A DNA stretch of 64,000 bases from an uncultured Planctomycetaceae bacterium. GTDB taxonomy: Bacteria > Planctomycetota > Planctomycetia > Pirellulales > UBA1268. The stretch covers positions 5,177-69,176 of the forward strand of contig CAISJI010000230.1 in NCBI GenBank assembly GCA_903885565.1. Direction: 5' to 3'. The notes below the pieces were generated by a model. It saw only the letters and a list, made by a program, of their open reading frames with translations. It searched no databases and had not been told where the DNA came from. A program made the position numbers and the translations under genes. This document shows positions 56,568 to 64,000 of this stretch, piece after piece; the first letter of the stretch is position 1, and each line of letters starts with the position of its first letter.

Positions 56568-58478
56568 ATGAACACCTTACAGCCCATACCTTCCGGCCCG
56601 AGAGCAGGCCTGCTCCACAACCCGCGAATGATGGCGGGCCTGTTGGGTCTTGCGGTGTTTCTGGTATTCCTGCCTGCCGTCACCTTTGACTTCGTCAATT
56701 GGGATGACAACATTTACGTTTACGATAACCCGCTCGTTCTGAATGGCCTGTCGCTGGGCGGGCTGCATGCTGTGTTCACGCGAGTCGTAGAAGTCAACTG
56801 GATTCCTCTCACATTCGTTTCCTATCAACTGGATGCGACGCTCTTCGGCCCCGGTCCCGCTGGGTTTCACAGCACCAATATTGTGCTCCATTCCGCAGCG
56901 ACCGCACTGCTGTGGATCGCGCTGGCCCGCATGACGGGATGCCCGGGCCGCAGCGCCGCTGCCATGCTGCTGTTTGCAATCCATCCCCTCCGTGTGGAGA
57001 GCGTGGCGTGGGTTTCCGAGCGCAAGGATGTGTTGAGTGGTTTCTTCCTCGCGTTGAGCCTCTACGCCTACGATCGATATTGCCGCGATCCGGTCCCGCG
57101 GCGATATCTCTTGGTGGCCGTAGCGATGCTCGCGGGCCTGCTTTCGAAGCCGATCCTCGTCACGCTCCCGGTGCTGCTGCTGCTGCTGGATGCTTGGCCG
57201 CTCAACCGTATCTCCGTTCCGGGCGTGGGCTGTCCGGCCCGTTGCGATGGAACGGCGTCACCGTATCCAACCTTGGCGTTTCGTAAAGCGATTGCAGAAA
57301 AACTGCCGCTCTTGGTGATATCTCTGATCTTCGCCGCGATCACCATGCAATCGCAGGCTCAAGCCATTCAATCCGAGGCCGACATGCCGTTTCTGGAGGC
57401 CCGCTTGCCCAACGCCGTGCAAGCCATCGTCGCGTATGGCCAAAAGACATTCTGGCCGACATCGCTGCACGTCCTCTACCTTCACCCGGGAGTGACAACC
57501 GCGTCTGGCTGGCTCTTGCTGGGATATGCGGCGTCGATCACCGGCTGTCTTGGGCTCGCCGCTGCAGCCGGCCGGGTCGTGCCCGCCGTGCCGATAGGTT
57601 GTGCATGGTTTCTTGTGTCTCTGCTCCCGGTCCTCGGGTTGGTTGCCCAGCAGGGGACTCAATCATATGCTGATCGCTTCACCTATGTGCCGCACATCGG
57701 CCTGAGCATCGCGATCGTCTGGGGCACAGTCGAACTGGCCAGGCGGGTACGATTCCCGCACTGGGTGCTCCCGGCCCTGCTGACGGCGGTCGCCTCAATC
57801 TTTGTCATCCTCGACCAACGGCAGTTATTCCACTGGCGCGATTCGATCAGCCTGTGGAACCACGCGATCGCCATCGAACCCAGCAGTCCCATCGCACACT
57901 GCCACTTGGGCGTTGCGCTGAGAGATCGCGGTCTTCCCCGTGAAGCCGAATCGCACTTTCGCCAAGCCCTCGATGCCGACCCCGGCTTGCAGCTTGCCCA
58001 CAATAATCTCGCTGCGATGCTGGCCGCACGCGGCGACTTCGCCGCGGCGCGGCAACAGTTGGAGCAGGCCGTGAGCTACCCGCAGCGCGAAGCCGTCACT
58101 CTCACCCACCTGGGAATGCTCTTTCTGGCCGAGGGCAAAGCTGCGGAGGCATCGGAAGCCGCCAGGGGTGCGCTCGATCTTGATTCCTCATACGCTTCTG
58201 CGCACTACATCCAGGGCAAATCGCTCGCGGAGCAGGGATTCGTAGAGCCAGCCATTGAGGCCTACACAAAGGCGCTGGAACTCGACCCCGAAAGCGGCCA
58301 GATCGGCAACGACCTCGCCACTCTCCTGGCCCGCCTGAAGCGTTTTGACGAAGCGATTCCCCTCTATCGTTCGATCATCAACCGCGATCCCACGGCCGAA
58401 ACTCCCCGCCGCAATCTCGCCAAGGCAATGGAGGAGCAGGCCCACGGCGCTCGGCAGGAAAGGCCCAGCATGCCCTGA
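56568..58478 (+). CDS. GT-C-type membrane glycosyltransferase (TMTC/PMT-like) with C-terminal TPR repeats
   Basis: The N-terminus has about 10 TMs, with FDFVNWDDNIYVYDNP and FAIHPLRVESVAWVSERKDV, as in TMTC/DUF1736 proteins. The C-terminus has about 6 TPR units. Confidence 0.7.
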   Translation: MNTLQPIPSGPRAGLLHNPRMMAGLLGLAVFLVFLPAVTFDFVNWDDNIYVYDNPLVLNGLSLGGLHAVFTRVVEVNWIPLTFVSYQLDATLFGPGPAGFHSTNIVLHSAATALLWIALARMTGCPGRSAAAMLLFAIHPLRVESVAWVSERKDVLSGFFLALSLYAYDRYCRDPVPRRYLLVAVAMLAGLLSKPILVTLPVLLLLLDAWPLNRISVPGVGCPARCDGTASPYPTLAFRKAIAEKLPLLVISLIFAAITMQSQAQAIQSEADMPFLEARLPNAVQAIVAYGQKTFWPTSLHVLYLHPGVTTASGWLLLGYAASITGCLGLAAAAGRVVPAVPIGCAWFLVSLLPVLGLVAQQGTQSYADRFTYVPHIGLSIAIVWGTVELARRVRFPHWVLPALLTAVASIFVILDQRQLFHWRDSISLWNHAIAIEPSSPIAHCHLGVALRDRGLPREAESHFRQALDADPGLQLAHNNLAAMLAARGDFAAARQQLEQAVSYPQREAVTLTHLGMLFLAEGKAAEASEAARGALDLDSSYASAHYIQGKSLAEQGFVEPAIEAYTKALELDPESGQIGNDLATLLARLKRFDEAIPLYRSIINRDPTAETPRRNLAKAMEEQAHGARQERPSMP

Positions 58479-58495
58479 TGGTTGACATAGGCGCA

Positions 58496-59629
58496 TCAGG
58501 GGGTCTCGGGCCGGGTCGAAACGGTGGCGAGCGTTTCGTGAACGCTCCCATCGAAGCTGGTCATCCTGACCCGCACCATGATATGGCCACTGGCGGGGGG
58601 AGGCCCCTGCCAGCGAAACACAAAGTGCAGCCCCCGCGCCCGTGACGTGCGTCGGAAGTGGTTGATGGCCTCTGCCTGGGGCACGTCGAATCTCGCAATG
58701 CAGGCCCCGGCGTCGACATCCTGGCCGACTAAAGCGGCGATCGGCTGGACACTCGGATCATGCACCGTGACAGTGATATCCCCCGCGGCTGTCACGAGGC
58801 GCTCGTCGGCATCGCGCGGCTCGACTACCAGCGCCAGTCCGTCGGAGAGGGAATCGCCATCCCCGTCGAAACAGACGGTCCGGCTGGGGTTGATCACCAG
58901 ATGGGTAATCTTTCCTTCGCCGGCGAGGCTTTCGTTATAGGAGAGGCGCAGGCCTGCTGGTGCCTGGGCTCCTCGACCCGTTTCGTTCGGCAGGGGTGGC
59001 ACGCCCTCAAGCGTGGGAGGCGTGATTGGCGGTGGCACCGCCGATCGCGGCAGGCCCGCGGGGGGTGACAGAGCAGGGGGCATGGGGGGAGGCAGGGCAC
59101 CGCCGCCGGCCGGGGGTATGGAAACGGCAGGAGGCACGAACCGGATCGCGTCGGGGCCAGAGCGCGTTGTGCCCGCGGCGCTGGGGGGCATCGGTGGCGG
59201 CAGAGCCGCCGGGGCGCCAGCCGCGGCCTGACCCGAAAACAGCCCGCCCGGCATCTTCGGCCGTCCCTGCGCCGGATCGGTCTCACCAATTCCGAGCTGC
59301 TTCTTCAGGCTGCCGTTTTCGCCAATGCTACGCTCCAGCCGGGCGCACTTGGCCTGCAGTTCGTCCTGCAGGAGATAAATCTGATCTTCCTGCATCCGCA
59401 ATTCGCGTTCCAGCAACTGCTGGTTGAGATCGCTCTTGCAGCCTGCCGCCAGGCAGACCCCAAGCACCGCGACCCCGGCAAACAGTCTCCTGGCCACCTG
59501 CTCCCCATGGAGTTGCACGCAAGCCAAGCAAGAGACAGCCGCCGCAGAGCCAAGGGCTCGCAGGGGCGGCAAGAGAATCCAACCCGCGGCTCCCTCCGGG
59601 CGCCGAGGCCTGATTGTGGGTCTGTTCAT
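58496..59629 (-). CDS. Hypothetical lipoprotein with coiled-coil and Pro-rich regions
   Basis: A lipobox GVCLAAGC is followed by LNQQLLERELRMQEDQIYLLQDELQAK, a P-rich tract and a globular C-terminal domain. The start is uncertain because an internal GTG lies before VARRLFAG. Confidence 0.5.
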   Translation of the reverse strand: MNRPTIRPRRPEGAAGWILLPPLRALGSAAAVSCLACVQLHGEQVARRLFAGVAVLGVCLAAGCKSDLNQQLLERELRMQEDQIYLLQDELQAKCARLERSIGENGSLKKQLGIGETDPAQGRPKMPGGLFSGQAAAGAPAALPPPMPPSAAGTTRSGPDAIRFVPPAVSIPPAGGGALPPPMPPALSPPAGLPRSAVPPPITPPTLEGVPPLPNETGRGAQAPAGLRLSYNESLAGEGKITHLVINPSRTVCFDGDGDSLSDGLALVVEPRDADERLVTAAGDITVTVHDPSVQPIAALVGQDVDAGACIARFDVPQAEAINHFRRTSRARGLHFVFRWQGPPPASGHIMVRVRMTSFDGSVHETLATVSTRPETP

Positions 59630-59686
59630 GATGCGCCTCCTGCGCCTCAGACAGTTTTTTTTCCAACACCATCCGTGGGTGGTCTG

Positions 59687-60289
59687 CTACGGAACGCTCT
59701 TCACTTCGGGCATGCGGTCGATCACCTCGTCGATCAGGCCATACTGCTTGGCCACCTCAGCCGCCATGAAGTTGTCCCGGTCGGTGTGCTCCTCGATCTT
59801 GTCGAGGGGTTGACCGGTGTGCTTCTGCAGAATCATGTTGAGTCGTTGCTTGATAAACCGGAATTCCTTGGCGTGGATCATGATCTCCTCCGCCGTTCCC
59901 TCCATGCCGGCAAGCGGCTGGTGAATCATGATCCGTGAATTGGGAAGGGCTCGCCGCTTCCCCTTGGCGCCGGCAGTCAGCAGCACGGCCCCCATCGAGG
60001 CGCACTGGCCGATGCAGTAGGTCGCCACATCGCAGGTCACGAACTGCATTGTGTCGTAAATCGCCAAGCCGGCGGTCACGCTGCCGCCCGGCGAATTGAT
60101 GTAGAGATGGATGTCGCTCTTGGGATCATCCGACTGCAGAAACAGCAGCTGGGCGACGATGGCATTGGCCACCTCATCATTGACCTGCGAGCCGAGGAAC
60201 ACAATGCGGTCCTTCAGCAGGCGGCTGTAGATGTCCATCGCCCGCTCTTCGCGGCCGCTCTTCTCGATGACGTAGGGAATCAGCGGCAT
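59687..60289 (-). CDS. clpP: ATP-dependent Clp protease proteolytic subunit
   Basis: The ATG at 60289 gives MPLIPYVIE.... It has [23 protein letters not shown] (Ser), MIHQP (His) and TDRD (Asp). Confidence 0.93.
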   Translation of the reverse strand: MPLIPYVIEKSGREERAMDIYSRLLKDRIVFLGSQVNDEVANAIVAQLLFLQSDDPKSDIHLYINSPGGSVTAGLAIYDTMQFVTCDVATYCIGQCASMGAVLLTAGAKGKRRALPNSRIMIHQPLAGMEGTAEEIMIHAKEFRFIKQRLNMILQKHTGQPLDKIEEHTDRDNFMAAEVAKQYGLIDEVIDRMPEVKSVP

Positions 60290-60293
60290 GGGC

Positions 60294-60935
60294 TTAGTCC
60301 TTCTCCTTCTCTTCGTCTTCACCAGTGACCGGCGGCTTGGTCAGCACGTCATCGACCAGCCCATACTCCTTCGCCTGAATCGCCGTGAGATAGCGATCGC
60401 GGTCGGTATCTTTGGCGATCCGCTCGATCGGCTGACCGGTATGGTGCGCCAGAATTTCGTTGAGCACAGATCGGGTTTTGACGATTTCGTCGGCCTGAAT
60501 TTCGATGTCGCTCACCTGCCCACCCACCTGGCCATAGGGCTGGTGGATCATGACCTTGGCATGGGACAAGGCAAATCGCTTCCCCTTCGAGCCACCGGCG
60601 AGCAGAACAGCCCCACCGCTGGCTGCGAGCCCGACGCAGTAGGTAGCCACAGGGCAGGAAAGGATCTGCATGGTGTCGTAGATCGCCATCGTCGCCGTGA
60701 CGCTGCCACCGGGCGAATTGATGTAGAAGTGGATGTCTTTGCGGCGATTCTCACTCTGGAGATAGAGCAGTTTCATCACCACTTCATTGGCGTTGCCATC
60801 GTAAATCTCCCCCTGCAGGAGGATGATCCTGTTTTCCAGCAGCAGATCGCCCAACGTCATCTGCCGCTGCCGCTGGTAGTCGCGGTAGGCGCCGGAGGCG
60901 TGGGAGGCATGCGGATCAGACGAACGCTCGTGCAT
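60294..60935 (-). CDS. clpP: Clp protease proteolytic subunit paralogue (ClpP2-type) with N-terminal extension
   Basis: The ATG at 60935 gives [38 protein letters not shown].... It has [28 protein letters not shown] and TDRD, followed by an acidic/lysine-rich tail EDEEKEKD. Confidence 0.88.
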   Translation of the reverse strand: MHERSSDPHASHASGAYRDYQRQRQMTLGDLLLENRIILLQGEIYDGNANEVVMKLLYLQSENRRKDIHFYINSPGGSVTATMAIYDTMQILSCPVATYCVGLAASGGAVLLAGGSKGKRFALSHAKVMIHQPYGQVGGQVSDIEIQADEIVKTRSVLNEILAHHTGQPIERIAKDTDRDRYLTAIQAKEYGLVDDVLTKPPVTGEDEEKEKD

Positions 60936-61107
60936 GGTGGTCGTGGCCCAGAAGGAAAAACCTGCAGGAAACCTGCGAAAAAGCAGCAGTGAACGGTGCA
61001 GACGTGAAACGGAAAGGAGATGATGCGGGTGCCGACAGGCAGAAACAAGGCGACAAAAACGAGGCTCCAAAAAACTTCCGACCAAACTTCTCCGCTGGGG
61101 GCGACAT

Positions 61108-62604
61108 CTACCTGCGGGCTGCGGTGGGCAGTTCGGAGGCCTCCGTCCGGGTGGCAGTGGGGATTTCCTCATCGCCCACCAAGGCACCGCAGACGGCGTG
61201 GTCTACAGCATCGGAATCGGCCTTGCGGAACTCAAACGGCGTGTCGATGAAGGAGGCGCTGGCCGTGACAAGATCGAGCGTTTTACGCTCGATGATCTGA
61301 TTGCGGAGCACATCCATCAGGCCCCGCTTTTCCAGGCTCGCACGCACGCGCCGCGGCGATTCGCCCGACTGGCCAGCGATTGCCCGAATCTCCTCATCGT
61401 AGTCGGCTGCGGTGTCGGCGATCGCATGCTCCTCGGCGATCCGCTCCAGGATGAAGTGTTCCTTGAGGGCCCGAGCAGTGCTGGCCATCACCGTCTGGCG
61501 GAGTTCGTTGACATGGCGACGGATCGAATCGTCATCGAAGCCACTGCGCCGCAGCTCCAGGATCGAGCGCTCCAATTCCCGCTGGCTTTGCCGCCGCAGC
61601 AGATCGGGGGGCAGATCCCATGTCGCCGAAGCAGTCAGGGCACTGGCCACCTGCTGCCGAACCTGACGGCGGCGGTGCCATTCCAGCTGGTTTTCCAACT
61701 GCTTGCGGAAAGCTGCACGCAGTTCGTCAACCGTTTCAAAAGAGCCCAGCTCTGCCAGCAGGTCTGCCGTGAGTTCGGGGAGTTCAAGCTTCTTGACCTC
61801 GAGCACCGTCAGCTCCATCGTCACCGTTTTGCCACGCAGCGCCTCGACGGCAGCCTCGGGGGAGATGGTGATGTCGGCCTTGACGGTCGTGCCGGGCTTG
61901 GCCTTGGAAAGCAGCTTCGCAAAGCCTGCGAGTTCGGCATCGGCCAGCGACAGCTTGGAACGGACGATGATTTCCAGCTCGTGTGCCTCGGAAAGCACCA
62001 CATCGCCGTCGAGAAACCGCAGGTTGGCGATGACCAGATCCCCCTCGGCAGGGGCGCCGTCGTGCGGCACAAGTTTGCTGCGCTCCCGCAACAGATGCGA
62101 CAGCGATTCGTCGACGTCGGCCTCAGAAATCTCGCGGGTTGGACGCTTGATCGCCAGCCCCTTCCATTCGGGCATCTCGAATTCAGGACGGACTTCGAGG
62201 GAAAACTCGAACGTCATCGGGCCCGTCTCCGGCAGCAGCACGGCCCCCATATCGAGTTCGGGCTCGCTGATCGGCGACAGCTTCTCCTGCTCCGACACCT
62301 GCGTCATCGCATCGGCGAGCAGTTTGGAACGGATCTGGTCGCTCAGTTCGGCCTTGAAACGGCTGGTGACCAGCGTTCGCGGCGCCCGCCCCGCCCGAAA
62401 TCCGGGCAGCACAGCCGAGGGCATCAGTTCGCCGACCGCTTCATCGAAGTAGCGCGAGATATCCTCGCGGGGAATCGAGACCTTCACCCGCCGCTGGCAG
62501 GTGGACACGTTCTCCACGACCACGCCGATATTCAACGGGGGGCGCTGCAGGTCGCCACTGGTATCGGCCGGGGAACTGGGGGCGAGGGCGACAGATTCAG
62601 ACAT
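61108..62604 (-). CDS. tig: Trigger factor
   Basis: The N-terminal ribosome-binding domain reads [21 protein letters not shown]...[11 protein letters not shown] central PPIase-like region and a C-terminal helical arm follow. The gene lies upstream of clpP genes in the classical order. Confidence 0.85.
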   Translation of the reverse strand: MSESVALAPSSPADTSGDLQRPPLNIGVVVENVSTCQRRVKVSIPREDISRYFDEAVGELMPSAVLPGFRAGRAPRTLVTSRFKAELSDQIRSKLLADAMTQVSEQEKLSPISEPELDMGAVLLPETGPMTFEFSLEVRPEFEMPEWKGLAIKRPTREISEADVDESLSHLLRERSKLVPHDGAPAEGDLVIANLRFLDGDVVLSEAHELEIIVRSKLSLADAELAGFAKLLSKAKPGTTVKADITISPEAAVEALRGKTVTMELTVLEVKKLELPELTADLLAELGSFETVDELRAAFRKQLENQLEWHRRRQVRQQVASALTASATWDLPPDLLRRQSQRELERSILELRRSGFDDDSIRRHVNELRQTVMASTARALKEHFILERIAEEHAIADTAADYDEEIRAIAGQSGESPRRVRASLEKRGLMDVLRNQIIERKTLDLVTASASFIDTPFEFRKADSDAVDHAVCGALVGDEEIPTATRTEASELPTAARR

Positions 62605-62822
62605 GAAAGCTTCCGGATGGGATCGGGGGCAGAGGTCCCCCGGATCTGGACGCTGACCGGGGAGTGGGGAATCAGCGAATCAATCAGCGAATCAGGGCTG
62701 GGCGGTGGACGCTCGAAATCGGGGACGCGGGACGGGCGGAACCGGACCGGGAAAGTCTAGGACCGAAGGGACTCTTTTTCCCTGAGCGCACCGGACAATC
62801 CCGGCGTGCGCCACACCAGCGA

Positions 62823-62895
62823 AGCGGGTGATGGGATTCGAACCCACGACAACCACGTTGGCAACGTGGTGCTCTACCAACTGAGCTACACCCGC
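62823..62895 (-). tRNA. tRNA-Gly (anticodon GCC)
   Basis: The reverse complement is GCGGGUGUAGCUCAGUUGGUAGAGCACCACGUUGCCAACGUGGUUGUCGUGGGUUCGAAUCCCAUCACCCGC-U. It folds into a perfect cloverleaf with 7-bp acceptor, 4-bp D, 5-bp anticodon and 5-bp T stems. The anticodon loop is UUGCCAA. CCA is not encoded. Confidence 0.95.
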
Positions 62896-63121
62896 AAACA
62901 ACACTTCTGAGACCGGCCCACCCGCCAGCGACAAAAGCCGCAGGTCTGGGTGCACCGAAAAACACAGCAGGAATCCCGCGATTATAAGGGGCGAATGCCC
63001 TGCCGCAAGGTCAACCCCTAGGTAGTTCCGGTTTTTTGCGAAAGATGGGGGGATGCTTGGTAAGTTGGTGCCTGTTTCGGGGACACTTTCCCCGCCCATC
63101 CCCTCCGGCCTCCACCCCCCC

Positions 63122-63922
63122 ATGACTGCACCGGTTCGACGCGTCAATGTTCTCGATCTTGCCGCCGCCAAACGGGACCGGCGCCCGATCACGATGGTTA
63201 CCGCCTATGACTGGCCGACTGGACGGCTCGTCGATGGGGCCGGTATCGACTGCGTCTTGGTGGGGGACAGCGTGGCGATGGTGGTCGCCGGGAGGAGTTC
63301 TACGATTCCTGCCACGCTGGAACAGATGATCTACCACGGGGAGATCGTCGCGCGGGCCGCCAGTCGGGCGCTGGTGGTAGTCGACCTCCCCTTTCCGCTG
63401 CAGCACCTGGGCATCCGCACGGCGGTGGAATCGTGCGCTCGCCTGCTCAAGGAAACCGGCTGCCAGGCGGTGAAACTGGAGGGAACCGCCGGGCAGGCAG
63501 ATGTGATCGCCGGCATCGCAGCGGCCGGCATTCCTGTGATGGGGCATGTCGGGCTGCGTCCCCAGGCGGTGCACCAGCTCGGTGGCTACCGCATGCAACG
63601 CAATCTCGAGCAGCTGATGAACGATGCTCGCGCCGCGGCAGATGCCGGAGCTTTTGCTGTGCTGCTGGAGTGCATCCCGCAGGAGGCTGCCCGGCAGATC
63701 ACGCAGGCGATTGGAGTTCCCACCATCGGCATCGGCGCCGGACCGCACTGCGACGGGCAGGTGTTGGTGCTCCACGATCTGGTCGGGCTCTCACTCGACC
63801 ACGTTCCCAAATTCGTCCGGGCCTACGCCGACGCCAAGGGAGTCATTGGCGACGGCCTGGAGCGGTGGCGCAAGGATGTGGTCGATGGCGAGTTCCCCGG
63901 CCCGCGCGAAACGCTCGGCTGA
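63122..63922 (+). CDS. panB: 3-methyl-2-oxobutanoate hydroxymethyltransferase
   Basis: ITMVTAYDWPTG...DCVLVGDSVAMVV...VVVDLPF...AVKLEG...IPVMGHVGLRPQ...GYRMQ...LLECIP...IGIGAG..CDGQVLV. Confidence 0.92.
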   Translation: MTAPVRRVNVLDLAAAKRDRRPITMVTAYDWPTGRLVDGAGIDCVLVGDSVAMVVAGRSSTIPATLEQMIYHGEIVARAASRALVVVDLPFPLQHLGIRTAVESCARLLKETGCQAVKLEGTAGQADVIAGIAAAGIPVMGHVGLRPQAVHQLGGYRMQRNLEQLMNDARAAADAGAFAVLLECIPQEAARQITQAIGVPTIGIGAGPHCDGQVLVLHDLVGLSLDHVPKFVRAYADAKGVIGDGLERWRKDVVDGEFPGPRETLG

Positions 63923-64000
63923 CAGGGGCCTGCGCTGGCCGGCATTCTTCCGCCAGTGCGGGATCGGCTACGGCAGCACCACCTCATCGGAGATCACCAC

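Noticed and set aside
62640-62700. Direct repeat aatcagcgaatca x2 upstream of tig as a regulatory site or small RNA
   Set aside because: There are only two short copies with no recognisable motif or structure. It may be a promoter-proximal element, but the evidence is too weak to call.
61198-62760. 520-aa plus-strand ORF
   Set aside because: It is antisense to trigger factor. It shows shadow-ORF composition.

Overview
High-GC chromosomal segment, about 65-68% by spot counts, with the hallmarks of a Planctomycetota (Pirellulales-like) genome. I call about 50 CDS, one tRNA-Gly(GCC), no rRNA, no CRISPR and no prophage. Gene content: (1) four PSCyt/DUF1549/DUF1553 + DUF1501 pairs, two of them fused into one five-gene operon; (2) an ECF sigma factor, a photolyase, a YdiJ-like FAD/Fe-S oxidoreductase, a class II Fic protein, a small-protein/nucleotidyltransferase pair and a VapBC pair; (3) a 2070-aa alpha-2-macroglobulin homologue with no thioester motif, followed by DUF202 and a formaldehyde-activating-enzyme homologue; (4) an outer-membrane barrel, an aldo/keto reductase, ApbE and a TolC-like protein; (5) two adjacent minus-strand operons that each carry a paralogous secreted CPFC-motif/HEAT-like protein. 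One is DUF4239-like / amide-binding SBP / AIM24 / CPFC. The other is ABC ATPase / FtsX permease / CPFC / two DUF3299-like proteins; (6) gap, a decayed transposase fragment, a DUF1559 (H-X9-DG) gene plus lipoprotein, a GT2 / 2OG-oxygenase / GT-C-TPR glycosylation module, tig-clpP-clpP and panB. The most interesting non-obvious signals are the CPFC/DUF3299/ABC module, the coupled DUF1553/DUF1501 operon, and a ~130-bp MITE-like repeat family. That repeat's terminal inverted repeats look like DnaA boxes, and two copies bracket the DUF1559 cassette. Many long ORFs in the supplied track are antisense shadow ORFs typical of high-GC DNA and were rejected. The track also uses GTG as a start, so several starts were re-picked from signal-peptide logic. 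All family assignments come from motif recognition by eye. No database search was run.
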